From Desulforegulaceae bacterium (GTDB taxonomy: Bacteria; Desulfobacterota; Desulfobacteria; Desulfobacterales; JACKCP01), in assembly GCA_034006035.1 (NCBI GenBank), contig JAVETN010000012.1, positions 19,234 to 83,233 of the forward strand: a DNA stretch of 64,000 nt, in the 5' to 3' direction. The notes under the pieces were generated by a model. That model saw only the letters and a program-made list of their open reading frames with translations. It did no database searches and was not told the origin of the DNA. The position numbers and the translations under genes are program-made. The stretch's first letter is position 1; each line of letters starts with the position of its first letter. Below are positions 25,729 to 35,169 of the stretch, one piece after another.

Positions 25729-26490
25729 TTAAGCTTTAATTATTTCAGTAAAATCTTCTGCCTTGAGGCTTGCTCCGCCTACAAGAGCTCCGTCAACATT
25801 TTCAAGAGAAAGAAGTTCTTTTGCATTCCCTGATTTAACGCTGCCACCATACAGTAATTTAATATTATCAGCAACATCTTTATTATAAATTTTTTCAATG
25901 AGCTTACGGATATTAAAATGAGCTTCTTCTACCTGATCTGGGGAGGCTGTTTCACCAGTTCCAATTGCCCATACAGGTTCATATGCGATTACAAGCTCGT
26001 TACCCATGCTTACGGGAATGCCTTTTAATCCGTTTTGGACTTGTTTGTCAAGGATATTTAAAGTTTTATTTGAATTTCTTTCAGATTTTGTTTCGCCAAT
26101 GCATAAAATAGGGATTAAACCTGTTGAAATTGCAGAAGAAATCTTTTTATTTATTAATTCGTCTGTTTCATTGAAAATTTGTCTTCTTTCAGAGTGGCCA
26201 AGGATTACATACTTACAACCTGAGGCTTTGGCCATTGTTGCAGAAATTTCTCCTGTATACGCTCCTTCTGTCTCAAAATAAATATTTTGGGCACCAAGGG
26301 TGATGTTTGTGTTTTTAATGGCTTCATAGACCGGATAAATTGAGGTAAAAGTTGGAGATATCATCACATCTCTTCTTTCAAAATCTTTTTCATCCAGCAT
26401 TGAAAAAATTTTTAGAGCCTCAGTTACTGACTCCTCCGGGGTTTTGTACATTTTCCAGTTGCCAGCAATCAAGCATTTTCTCTTTTTCAT
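25729..26490 (-). CDS. tpiA: Triosephosphate isomerase
   Basis: IAGNWKM, GHSERR and AYEPVWAIGTG motifs. The ATG at 26490 has GGAG 7 nt upstream and avoids overlap with gap. The maximal ORF reaches 26541. Confidence 0.92.
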   Translation of the reverse strand: MKKRKCLIAGNWKMYKTPEESVTEALKIFSMLDEKDFERRDVMISPTFTSIYPVYEAIKNTNITLGAQNIYFETEGAYTGEISATMAKASGCKYVILGHSERRQIFNETDELINKKISSAISTGLIPILCIGETKSERNSNKTLNILDKQVQNGLKGIPVSMGNELVIAYEPVWAIGTGETASPDQVEEAHFNIRKLIEKIYNKDVADNIKLLYGGSVKSGNAKELLSLENVDGALVGGASLKAEDFTEIIKA

Positions 26491-26506
26491 TTTTTTTCTC
26501 CGTTTT

Positions 26507-27511
26507 TTACAAATCCCTGCCAATAAAAGCTGCAAGCTCAATCATTCTTGTTGAATAGCCAGTTTCATTGTCATACCAGGAAAATACTTTAACCATATCA
26601 TCAATAGCATCTGTTAAAAGACTGTCAACAACAGAAGAAAGTCTTGAGCCATTAAAGTCAATGGATACAAGAGGTTCTTCGCAATATCCTAAAATCCCCT
26701 TCATCGTTGTTTCAGAAGCTTTTTTAAGGGCATTGTTTATCTCGTCCCTTGTAAGTCCTTTTTTTTCTGTGTTTATTACAAAATCAATAATTGAAACATT
26801 TGGAGTGGGAACTCTCATGGAGAGCCCATTAAGTCTTCCTTTAAGTTCAGGGATTACAATTCCTACAGCTTTAGCTGCTCCAGTTGTAGTAGGTACCATT
26901 GAAACTCCTGCTGTTCTTGCCCTTCTTAGATCTTTATGGGGAGAATCAAGTATATTCTGAGCACCTGTGTATGAGTGTACTGTTGTCATAAACCCTTGCT
27001 TTATTCCGAAGTTATCTTTTAAAACTTTGGCCACAGGAGCAAGACAATTGGTAGTGCAGGAAGCATTTGAAATGATAAAATGCTTTTTTCTATCATAAAC
27101 CTCCTCATTTACACCAAGAACAATTGTTACATCAGGATCGTTTGAAGGTGCAGATATTATAACTTTTTTTGCACCTGATTCAAGATGTTTTGATGCATCT
27201 TTTTTGTCCTTGAAGATTCCTGTGCATTCTGCAGCTATATCAATTTCAAGCTTTTTCCACGGAAGAAGCGAGGGATCTTTTTCAGAAGAATATGCAATTT
27301 TTTTTCCGTTTATTATCAGTGAATTTTTATCTGAACTCACCTCTGCGTTTAAGATACCGTGAACAGAGTCATATTTTATAAGATGGGCCATTGTCTCAAC
27401 AGGAGCAGGATCATTGATTCCCACAATTTCTACATCTTTTTTTTCAAGGGCGGCCCGAAGCATTGATCTTCCTATTCTGCCAAAACCGTTAATTCCTATT
27501 CTAACAGTCAT
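26507..27511 (-). CDS. gap: Type I glyceraldehyde-3-phosphate dehydrogenase
   Basis: INGFGRIGR and SNASCTTNCLAP active-site motifs; 334 aa. Confidence 0.95.
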   Translation of the reverse strand: MTVRIGINGFGRIGRSMLRAALEKKDVEIVGINDPAPVETMAHLIKYDSVHGILNAEVSSDKNSLIINGKKIAYSSEKDPSLLPWKKLEIDIAAECTGIFKDKKDASKHLESGAKKVIISAPSNDPDVTIVLGVNEEVYDRKKHFIISNASCTTNCLAPVAKVLKDNFGIKQGFMTTVHSYTGAQNILDSPHKDLRRARTAGVSMVPTTTGAAKAVGIVIPELKGRLNGLSMRVPTPNVSIIDFVINTEKKGLTRDEINNALKKASETTMKGILGYCEEPLVSIDFNGSRLSSVVDSLLTDAIDDMVKVFSWYDNETGYSTRMIELAAFIGRDL

Positions 27512-27963
27512 TTATTTCCTCCGGATAAATCTTTAGTCATATTCAGGGCATGAACTCCCTGTCCATAATAGTTTTTTCTTTTACCTACTACTTTAAACCC
27601 GTTTTTTTTATAAAAGGATAAAGCTGTTGAATTGTTCTCTCTTACTTCCAAAAGAACCTGGGTAATTTGGGTTTTTAGTTCTTCAATAAGAGAATCTAAA
27701 AGAGCTGAACCTATATTTTTTCTTTGAAACTCTTTTAAAATGCAAATTTTTAAAATATGCATTTCTTCAAGTATTAATCTTGAAACTGCAAAGCCGCAAA
27801 TGCGGCTTTTAAATACTGCTTTTTTTATTCTGCTCCCTGGGTGAATAAGCTCTTCTTTATAGCTTTGTAATGACCAGGGGTTCTCAAAATGATTTATTTC
27901 TTCTTTTTGTAAGACTTCAAGGTCATCGTCTAAAACCTTTTCAATGGAAAAAACATCACACAC
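27508..27963 (-). CDS. rimI: GNAT acetyltransferase, RimI-like (ribosomal-protein-alanine N-acetyltransferase)
   Basis: Acetyl-CoA site QRKNIGSALLD and a size of 151 aa. It overlaps the upstream gene by 8 nt and gap by 4 nt. Confidence 0.7.
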   Translation of the reverse strand: MCDVFSIEKVLDDDLEVLQKEEINHFENPWSLQSYKEELIHPGSRIKKAVFKSRICGFAVSRLILEEMHILKICILKEFQRKNIGSALLDSLIEELKTQITQVLLEVRENNSTALSFYKKNGFKVVGKRKNYYGQGVHALNMTKDLSGGNK

Positions 27964-28384
27964 TTCTTGGATTGCCCTTTAGTATACCGCTTGCAAGAGA
28001 AATACTTTTTTTCCCAAATGTTTCTATTCTTTGAGCAACTTCTGGCAAGGGCAGTCTTTTTCTAAGTTCTGATGCTCTTATAAGAACAGGCAGATTTATT
28101 CCGGACAGAACTTCTGTTTTGCCTTCTTCAAGAAAAGAATAGCTTAAATTTGAAGGGGTGCCGCCGAACATATCAGTAAGGATAATTATTCCTTGATTGT
28201 TATCTGCTTTTTTTATGGCTTGTTTAATTTTATCCCGCAAACCGTCAGCATTTTCGTTTACATTAATTGAAACATCTATGCAGTTTTCAATTTTTGAACC
28301 TATTATCATTTCGGCTGTTTCAAGAAGTACTTTGCCGAGATTTCCGTGTGTTACTATTATAATTCCTATCATAATACCTCGCAT
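27956..28384 (-). CDS. PTS EIIA component, mannose/fructose family (regulatory)
   Basis: IGIIIVTHGNLGKVLLETAEMIIG has the conserved phospho-His context, and ILTDMFGGTP is present. Confidence 0.8.
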   Translation of the reverse strand: MRGIMIGIIIVTHGNLGKVLLETAEMIIGSKIENCIDVSINVNENADGLRDKIKQAIKKADNNQGIIILTDMFGGTPSNLSYSFLEEGKTEVLSGINLPVLIRASELRKRLPLPEVAQRIETFGKKSISLASGILKGNPRSV

Positions 28385-28391
28385 TTCTTTA

Positions 28392-29261
28392 TTACCGGCG
28401 GGTTATATCTCTATGCAAGATCCCGGCTTTGGCTGCGTGTCTGCTGATATAGTTAAATAAATATCTGGAAACAGCAACAGATCTATGCCTGCCTCCTGTA
28501 CAGCCGACTCCCAAGGTTAAATACGCCTTGCCCTCTTTTTTATATAAAGGTATCAAATAGTCAAGGAGATCAGTGAATTTTTTTAAAAACTCTTCTGCTC
28601 TCTTGTTATTTAAAACATAGTTTTTTACCTCTTCATCTTCCCCGGTTTTTTCTTTAAGCTCAGCTATAAAGTAGGGATTTCTAAGAAATCTTACATCTAT
28701 TAAAAGGTCTAAATCTTTTGGTATTCCATACTTAAAACCAAAAGATACAAAGTCTATTCTCATTTCTTTTATTTTTGTATATTCAGAGGCTATTGAAGAA
28801 ATTTCAGCTTTAAGCTCATGCACTGTATAGGAAGATGTATCTATAACAGTGTCTGATTTAAGCTCTAAGTCAGCTAATAATTGTTTTTCATGCCTGATTC
28901 CTTCTAGGAGGTTTGAGTCTTTTGCAAAAGGGTGGTGTCTTCTTGTCTGGCTGTATCTTTTTATAAGAGTTTCTTCAGAAGCTTTAAGAAAAATAATTTT
29001 ATGGGAATAATTGTTCTCATTTAAAAAATCAAAAACTTCAGGGTAAACATTTATAAATCTTTTTTCTCTTAAGTCCATTCCAAACGCTATTCCGGCTACT
29101 TCTTCGGCCTCTTTGCTCAAAGGAAGTTCAAGAAATTTTGGAAGCAGTGCCGCAGGCATATTGTCAACGCAATAGAATCCGCAATCTTCAAAAGCATTCA
29201 GAGCAACTGATTTACCGGAGCCTGATTCCCCAGTTATTATAAATATAGGAGTGTTTTTCAT
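28392..29261 (-). CDS. rapZ: RNase adapter protein RapZ (YhbJ)
   Basis: ITGESGSGKSVALNAFEDCGFYCVDNMP, C-terminal GCTGGRHRSV, and its position after ptsN. Confidence 0.9.
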   Translation of the reverse strand: MKNTPIFIITGESGSGKSVALNAFEDCGFYCVDNMPAALLPKFLELPLSKEAEEVAGIAFGMDLREKRFINVYPEVFDFLNENNYSHKIIFLKASEETLIKRYSQTRRHHPFAKDSNLLEGIRHEKQLLADLELKSDTVIDTSSYTVHELKAEISSIASEYTKIKEMRIDFVSFGFKYGIPKDLDLLIDVRFLRNPYFIAELKEKTGEDEEVKNYVLNNKRAEEFLKKFTDLLDYLIPLYKKEGKAYLTLGVGCTGGRHRSVAVSRYLFNYISRHAAKAGILHRDITRR

Positions 29262-29417
29262 TTTATTTTCCCTATTTTAGTGATTAGTCAAAAACCAGTG
29301 TTTTGTTTTAGTTCAAGAAAAGATAACAAATTTAACCGCAGGAATACTTTATTGATTTAAGGATTAAATTCTAATCTGACGTTGAAATGGACAAAAAACA
29401 GTTTTTTAACTCCTGTT

Positions 29418-29888
29418 TTAATCATTTGGATCGTTTTCATCTATCAAATCTAGTATTTCTTCAGAAGTTGAAGCCGTTTTAATTTGTTTTCTTATTGAAC
29501 TGTCTCTTAATATGCTTGAAATTTTTGCAAGAACTTTTAGATGATCTCCTGATGAATCTTCAGGAGTAACAATTGTGAAGAATATAAAAGCTGGTTTATC
29601 ATCAATTGATTCAAAGCTTACTCCATTTTGGCTGAGGCCGAATCCTATCATGAGTTTTTCAAGGCCCGCAACTTTTCCGTGGGGAATAGCAATGCCTTTT
29701 CCTATTCCTGTGCTTCCCAGTCTTTCTCTTTCAAGAAGGATTTTTACAAGGTCGTTGTTTTCTATTCCTGAGTACTTAGAAAGAGGAACGGCTAGTTCTT
29801 CAAGCACAGCTTTTTTATCTCTTGATTTCAAATCCATATTTATAAATTCAGGGAGTAAGTAGTCTTTTAGTTTCATTTGATTTAACAT
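29418..29888 (-). CDS. ptsN: Nitrogen-regulatory PTS EIIA(Ntr)
   Basis: ERERLGSTGIGKGIAIPHGK phosphorylation-site motif; 156 aa; lies in the rpoN cluster. Confidence 0.88.
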   Translation of the reverse strand: MLNQMKLKDYLLPEFINMDLKSRDKKAVLEELAVPLSKYSGIENNDLVKILLERERLGSTGIGKGIAIPHGKVAGLEKLMIGFGLSQNGVSFESIDDKPAFIFFTIVTPEDSSGDHLKVLAKISSILRDSSIRKQIKTASTSEEILDLIDENDPND

Positions 29889-30071
29889 ATTTCTTTATTT
29901 AATAATTTCTGCAATTTAAAACTTGAAATCCAGGCACGATAAACAATCTTTTATCTTCAAATTTTTTACAATTGAAAGCTTTTTTTAACATTTATTGGTT
30001 TTATTATCAAGGTTCTAAAGCCTTTATTCTTTTGATTGGGGCTGGAGTTTTTCCCTAGGTTAAAATAAATC

Positions 30072-30098
30072 AGCCGTTTCCATTTGTTGGAAACGGCT
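30072..30098 (-). terminator. Hairpin terminator downstream of hpf
   Basis: AGCCGTTTCCA-(5 nt)-TGGAAACGGCT, a perfect 11-bp stem. On the minus strand it is followed by GATTTATTTT. Confidence 0.55.
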
Positions 30099-30130
30099 TT
30101 AATTTTATACTGATTTAACTTTAATGAGGT

Positions 30131-30487
30131 TTATTCAATATCAGTTACCGGCTCCTCAGGGAGAAGATCTTCATCTTTGATTCCATTTTTGGAGATAGGC
30201 CTTTTTTCATGCATTTTATCCTTTGCTCTTTTGATCTGTCTTTTTACCTTATCAAGAACAAGATCAATGGAAGAGTACATATTATCAGACTCTTCTTTGG
30301 CATTTATATGAAGCTTGTCGCTGCTGAGTCTTACTTCTGTGATATGTCTTATTTTTTCTACAGTGAGCACAACTTCAGCTTCTGCAGGTGCGTCTAGTCT
30401 TTTCTCAATCTTTTCAAGTTTTTTTTGGACATAGTCTCTTAATGAGTCAGATGGTTCAAGGTTCTTGAAAGACACAGAAATGTTCAT
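30131..30487 (-). CDS. hpf: Ribosome hibernation promoting factor (short HPF/YfiA type)
   Basis: MNISVSFKNLEPSDSLRDYVQKKLEKI...; 118 aa; immediately downstream of rpoN. Confidence 0.88.
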   Translation of the reverse strand: MNISVSFKNLEPSDSLRDYVQKKLEKIEKRLDAPAEAEVVLTVEKIRHITEVRLSSDKLHINAKEESDNMYSSIDLVLDKVKRQIKRAKDKMHEKRPISKNGIKDEDLLPEEPVTDIE

Positions 30488-30498
30488 ACATCCACCTC

Positions 30499-31944
30499 CT
30501 AGTATTGTTTACGTTTGCTTGAGGGGAGAATTTTTAAAGCCTCCCTGTATTTGGCCACTGTCCTTCTTGCGATTTTAATTCCTTGTGATTTAAGGATTTT
30601 AGAAATCTTATCATCACTTAAAGGTTTTTTTGAATCCTCTTCTTCAATTATTCTTTTTATTTTATCATGAACGCTGACAGATGCAATGGAATCCCCGTCT
30701 TTTTTTGAAATAGAACTGTTAAAAAAGAATTTGAGCTCATAAACTCCCTGGGGAGTGTGAACATATTTGTTTGTAGTTACTCTGCTTATGGTTGAAGCAT
30801 GCATTTCAATATCTTCAGCAATATCATTTAAAATCATTGGTTTTAAATGTTCAATCCCTTTTTCAAAAAACTCTCTTTGATGTTTTAAAATGGAGTCAGT
30901 AACTCTGTAAATAGTTCTTTGACGCTGATAAATACTTTTTATAAGTCCTGATGCAGTTCTTATTCTTTCCCTTAAATAGCTTTTTGTATCTCTGTCTATT
31001 TTTTCAGCTGTATTTGCCACAGCCTTTTCGTAATAAGGGTTGATGTGAAGATTGGGGAATCCGTCATCATTTAACACAATTATAAAATCATCTTTTTCTC
31101 TGTAAATATAAATATCTGGGGTGATATAGTTTGCAGTTTCATCAAAAAAAATTCTTCCGGGTTTGGGTTCAAGAGTTCTGATAATTTCCACATATTCCAT
31201 CACAAGATCTGTTGAAATCCCCATTGCCTTTGCAATGTTTTTTATCCTGTTGTTTCCAAGATCAGTTAAATGGTTTTTTATTAGGATTTCAAGTCTTTCA
31301 TCACTGACATTAAGAAGTTTTAGCTGATTTAGAAGGCATTCCTCAAGGCTTCTTGAGCAAACACCGGGCGGATCAAGGGTTTGGAGCATGGTTTCAAGGA
31401 TATATTCAATGTCCTCAGGTTTAGATTTTGTAGCGGCTGAAATTTCGTCAATATCAATCTTAAGATAACCGTCATCATCAAGGTTTCCTATTACAGCAGA
31501 TGCTATCCGCTCCTCTTCCTCTGTTGGGGAAAGCATTTTGAACTGCCATAGAAGATGATCTTCAAGGCTGTCTTTTTTTGCTACAAATGCTTCATACCTT
31601 GGCCCTTCTTTGATTTCGGGGTCAAAGTTCATCCTTCCTGGGGTATTATATTCTTCAATATAGTTTTCCCAGTCAGTTTCATCTGGGAACTTGTCTTCTT
31701 TGAGCTCCACTGTTTTTTCTTCTGAAGAAGTTTCTTCAGGACTAAGCTCATCAGGGCTGACCTCATCTGAGTCTTTGTCATCGGAAATTCTTTCTTCAAG
31801 GGCAGGATTTTCAACAAGCTCTTGTTGGATTGTTTCTATGAGTTCCTGCCTTGAAAGTTGAAGCAGTTTTATCGCCTGCTGCAACTGGGGAGTCATAACA
31901 AGCTGCTGTGAAAGTTTTAGTTCCTGTCTTAGTTCAAAAGCCAT
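30499..31944 (-). CDS. rpoN: RNA polymerase sigma-54 factor
   Basis: N-terminal LKLSQQLVMTPQLQQAIKLLQLS, an acidic region II, and a C-terminal RpoN box ARRTVAKYRE. Confidence 0.95.
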   Translation of the reverse strand: MAFELRQELKLSQQLVMTPQLQQAIKLLQLSRQELIETIQQELVENPALEERISDDKDSDEVSPDELSPEETSSEEKTVELKEDKFPDETDWENYIEEYNTPGRMNFDPEIKEGPRYEAFVAKKDSLEDHLLWQFKMLSPTEEEERIASAVIGNLDDDGYLKIDIDEISAATKSKPEDIEYILETMLQTLDPPGVCSRSLEECLLNQLKLLNVSDERLEILIKNHLTDLGNNRIKNIAKAMGISTDLVMEYVEIIRTLEPKPGRIFFDETANYITPDIYIYREKDDFIIVLNDDGFPNLHINPYYEKAVANTAEKIDRDTKSYLRERIRTASGLIKSIYQRQRTIYRVTDSILKHQREFFEKGIEHLKPMILNDIAEDIEMHASTISRVTTNKYVHTPQGVYELKFFFNSSISKKDGDSIASVSVHDKIKRIIEEEDSKKPLSDDKISKILKSQGIKIARRTVAKYREALKILPSSKRKQY

Positions 31945-32113
31945 TTTAAAGTTTCTCTATCTGAGTTAAGCTTAAATTAATAGAAGAAAAAATTGAAAAC
32001 TTGTCCATTTTGTCTTAAAGTAAAAGTTTCATCGTTTATATTTAAAGTTGTTTTGTTTTTTGAAGAAAGTAAAAATTACAATCTTAAACTAGCTAATAAA
32101 ATAATCACTAATC

Positions 32114-32845
32114 CTACATTTTAAAGTTTTTTCCAAGGTATGTTTTTTTTACTATTTCATCGGCTGCAACTTCTTCGGGGGTTCCGCTTTTTATTATTGT
32201 TCCGTTGTTTATTATATACGCAGTGTCGCAAACTCCTAGTGTTTCCCTTACATTATGATCTGATATAAGAACTCCTATGTTTTTTTGTGAAAGATAAGAG
32301 ATGATTTCTTGAAGATCAGATACTGCGATAGGGTCAACTCCTGCAAATGGTTCGTCCAAAAGTACAAAGTCAGGATCTGTTGATAAAACTCTGCAGATTT
32401 CCAGCCGTCTTCTTTCTCCGCCTGAAAGGCTCTCAGCTTTTTGGTGTTTGAGCCTTTCAATATTGAACTCGCTTAAAAGGGAATCAATTTTTGATTCTAT
32501 TTCGTTTTTTTTAAGTTTAGTATGTTCAAGTATTATTTTTAGGTTGTCTGCCACAGAAAGTTTTTTAAAAACAGATGCTTCCTGGGGAAGATATCCTATT
32601 CCCTTTTTACCTCTTTTGTATATCTGATAATCTGTTATGTCAAAGTTATCGAGAAGAACCCTGCCTTTGTCAGGGGAAATAAGACCCACAGCCATATTAA
32701 AAGTTGTTGTTTTTCCGGCTCCGTTTGGCCCTAAAAGTCCGGTGACTGTTGAGGTGTTAATAGAGATGTTTACTCCTGAAACAACTTTTCTTTTTCCGTA
32801 TGATTTTTCAAGATCTTTGAGATCTAGGGTTTTCATTTTATTCAT
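32114..32845 (-). CDS. lptB: LPS export ABC transporter ATP-binding protein
   Basis: Walker A GPNGAGKTT, signature LSGGERRRLEI, Walker B LLDEPF, and synteny. Confidence 0.92.
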   Translation of the reverse strand: MNKMKTLDLKDLEKSYGKRKVVSGVNISINTSTVTGLLGPNGAGKTTTFNMAVGLISPDKGRVLLDNFDITDYQIYKRGKKGIGYLPQEASVFKKLSVADNLKIILEHTKLKKNEIESKIDSLLSEFNIERLKHQKAESLSGGERRRLEICRVLSTDPDFVLLDEPFAGVDPIAVSDLQEIISYLSQKNIGVLISDHNVRETLGVCDTAYIINNGTIIKSGTPEEVAADEIVKKTYLGKNFKM

Positions 32846-33344
32846 TTATAAAGGTTGCTTCCACTTGCGAGTCTGAGTTTTTTTCCACTTCCATTATTCC
32901 TGTTTTTATAAAATAGGTTATTGAATCCCCTGAAATTTTGTTTCCTGAGTCAATTATTTCAGGCCGACCTCCAGTAAGAATCAGAATTTCTTTGTCAGAA
33001 TTAAAAATTGCATTTTCAGCTTTTGCTCTTTTGTCTTCCATCTGGATCCTTACCTTGCCTTTTGCCTCTATGGACTTAAAGGAGTTTCTGTCCGGAGTTG
33101 AATTGACTGAGTCAGAGTTTTTGTGGTGAACAATCAGTTTTTCACAATCAATTATTGTTTTTCCCTTTACCACATTAACATTTCCAGAAAAAATTGTTAT
33201 ATTTTCATTTTGAACTACCTTCATTGAATCTGCTCTTATATTTGTAGGCTCTTGTTTTTTTTCATCTGCACCGGCTTGAGTAAGTGATGATATAATTAAG
33301 AAAAAAACAATTGTTGTTTTTAAAAATATTAATTTAAATTTCAT
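32838..33344 (-). CDS. lptA: LPS transport periplasmic protein LptA (OstA-like)
   Basis: Signal peptide, repeated beta-jellyroll pattern, and position between lptC and lptB. Confidence 0.8.
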   Translation of the reverse strand: MKFKLIFLKTTIVFFLIISSLTQAGADEKKQEPTNIRADSMKVVQNENITIFSGNVNVVKGKTIIDCEKLIVHHKNSDSVNSTPDRNSFKSIEAKGKVRIQMEDKRAKAENAIFNSDKEILILTGGRPEIIDSGNKISGDSITYFIKTGIMEVEKNSDSQVEATFINE

Positions 33345-33888
33345 TTAAAAAGCCTTTTACATTATTTGTAAGTGTTAAGGTATCTTCTTCAATATCAAAT
33401 TCCCCTTTGTCTGACAAAAACAAAGAAGTTTCAGATTTTATTTTTACATTCCCATCAAGGTATATCATTTTTTTGTTGTTTTTAAAAAAAAGTTTATTGC
33501 AGGTGATTTTATATTTGTCATTAAAAGCTCTTATATTTTTATTAAGTTCAAGGTTTTTTTCTTTTGTATCAAGTTTCCCCTTGTCTGCAAAGATTCTAAA
33601 ATCGGGTTTGCCCTGATTTATAAGAATAACTTCAATTGAGTCAAGAATTAAGGATTTAGAGTGAAAATCTTCCATTGTTCCTGATTTTGCTTTTATTTTA
33701 TATAAAAGCTTTCCCTTGGAAGAAATGTTATGGGAAAGATTTGAAATGATTATTGAACCCTGATTTGCAGAAACAAAAGATAGGGATGAAGTTGAAATAT
33801 AAGCAAAAAGAGAAACCAAATAAAAAAGTTTTTTATAACTCAATTGCCTTGCTCCGGGTTGATAAAAGACTCTATGCTTTTTTCCCAA
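33334..33888 (-). CDS. lptC: LPS export system protein LptC
   Basis: N-terminal anchor LFYLVSLFAYIS, LptC-like beta-rich body, and synteny. The maximal ORF starts at TTG 33888. TTG 33843 overlaps the kdsC TGA as TTGA and has GGAG 8 nt upstream, so it is at least as likely. Confidence 0.75.
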   Translation of the reverse strand: MGKKHRVFYQPGARQLSYKKLFYLVSLFAYISTSSLSFVSANQGSIIISNLSHNISSKGKLLYKIKAKSGTMEDFHSKSLILDSIEVILINQGKPDFRIFADKGKLDTKEKNLELNKNIRAFNDKYKITCNKLFFKNNKKMIYLDGNVKIKSETSLFLSDKGEFDIEEDTLTLTNNVKGFLNEI

Positions 33889-34379
33889 AGCCCTTTTGAT
33901 TTGAGGATGAGCTCACAAACTTCTCTGACAGCACCTTTACCGCCTTGTTTCTTAGTTATATACATGGCTAGATTTTTTACCTCCTCACAGGAGTCAGGTA
34001 CAGTAGCAGAGATTCCGCAAATCTGCATTAATGGAATATCAATAAGATCATCTCCCATACAGCAGATATTTTCCTTTTTAATTTTCAATTCTTTTTCTAT
34101 TATTTCAATTACTTTTCTTTTTTTCTTTATATTTTGGAAAACCGGATTTATTGAAAGTTCCCTGCATCTTCTAGAAACCATTTCAGATTCTCTTGCAGTT
34201 ACAACAGCTGTTTTTATTCCTGCATTTTGAAGCAGTCTTATCCCAAGTCCGTCTTTGACAGAAAAGCTTTTAAGCTCTTCGCCAGATGAAGTATAGGTTA
34301 TTGTACCTTCTGTTAAAATACCGTCAACATCAAGAAGAAGGAGTTTAGTTTTTTTAAAAAAAGCAAAAGGTTTAGTCAC
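33840..34379 (-). CDS. kdsC: 3-deoxy-D-manno-octulosonate 8-phosphate phosphatase (HAD family)
   Basis: LLLLDVDGILTEG HAD motif I, VTARES, GDDLIDIP, and synteny with kdsA. Confidence 0.88.
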   Translation of the reverse strand: MTKPFAFFKKTKLLLLDVDGILTEGTITYTSSGEELKSFSVKDGLGIRLLQNAGIKTAVVTARESEMVSRRCRELSINPVFQNIKKKRKVIEIIEKELKIKKENICCMGDDLIDIPLMQICGISATVPDSCEEVKNLAMYITKKQGGKGAVREVCELILKSKGLWEKSIESFINPEQGN

Positions 34380-35169
34380 AGGAAGCCTCTTTGACCCTGA
34401 GAAGGGTTTTCACTAGTTTATGAACTTTGTCTAGATAAAGGGAGTTTGGTCCGTCGCAAAGGGCATTGTCAGGATCTGGGTGGATTTCCATAAAAACTCC
34501 ATTAACTCCGGCTGCAACTGCTGCTTTGGCAAGAACAGGAGCCATTTCTCTTTGGCCTGAGGACGAAGTCCCAAGTCCTCCGGGTATTTGAATGCTGTGG
34601 GTTGCGTCAAATACTACAGGGACTCCAAAATCTTTTATTATGGGAATTCCTCTAAAATCTACAACAAGATTGTTGTATCCAAAGGTTGTTCCTCTTTCAG
34701 TGATAATTATTTTTTCATTTCCCGTGGATTTTGCCTTGTCAATGATATTTTTGACATCCCAAGGAGCAAGAAATTGTCCTTTTTTGATGTTTACAGGAAG
34801 ATTTGTTTTTGCTGCCTCGAGTATAAGATCTGTTTGTCTGCAAAGAAAAGCTGGAATCTGAATTATATCAAGAACTTCTTTTACTGCATCAGCATCTTCA
34901 GGATGGTGGATGTCTGAGGTTACAGGAAGGCCAAATTTGGTTTTTATTTCTTCAAGGTATTTTAGACCATCATATTTTCCGGGTCCTCTGAAAGATGAGA
35001 TGGATGTTCGGTTTGCTTTGTCATAAGAGGCTTTGAAAATTATTTCTATTTTTTCCATCTCTTTGATTTTACAAAGTTTTTCTGCAATCTGAAAAAGGAT
35101 ATCCCTTTTTTCAATTACACAAGGTCCTGCAATTATAAATAGTTTTTTTTCATTAAAAAGAGTTTGCAT
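34372..35169 (-). CDS. kdsA: 3-deoxy-8-phosphooctulonate synthase
   Basis: IAGPCVIE, KASYDKANRTS and FDATHSIQ motifs; 265 aa. Confidence 0.92.
   Translation of the reverse strand: MQTLFNEKKLFIIAGPCVIEKRDILFQIAEKLCKIKEMEKIEIIFKASYDKANRTSISSFRGPGKYDGLKYLEEIKTKFGLPVTSDIHHPEDADAVKEVLDIIQIPAFLCRQTDLILEAAKTNLPVNIKKGQFLAPWDVKNIIDKAKSTGNEKIIITERGTTFGYNNLVVDFRGIPIIKDFGVPVVFDATHSIQIPGGLGTSSSGQREMAPVLAKAAVAAGVNGVFMEIHPDPDNALCDGPNSLYLDKVHKLVKTLLRVKEASCD

Noticed and set aside
26568-26960. 130-aa plus-strand ORF, and similar antisense ORFs at 33844-34230, 34588-34917, 9604-9924 and 1507-1794.
   Set aside because: All are antisense to confidently identified genes (gap, kdsC, kdsA, dnaX, motA). They are regarded as shadow ORFs.
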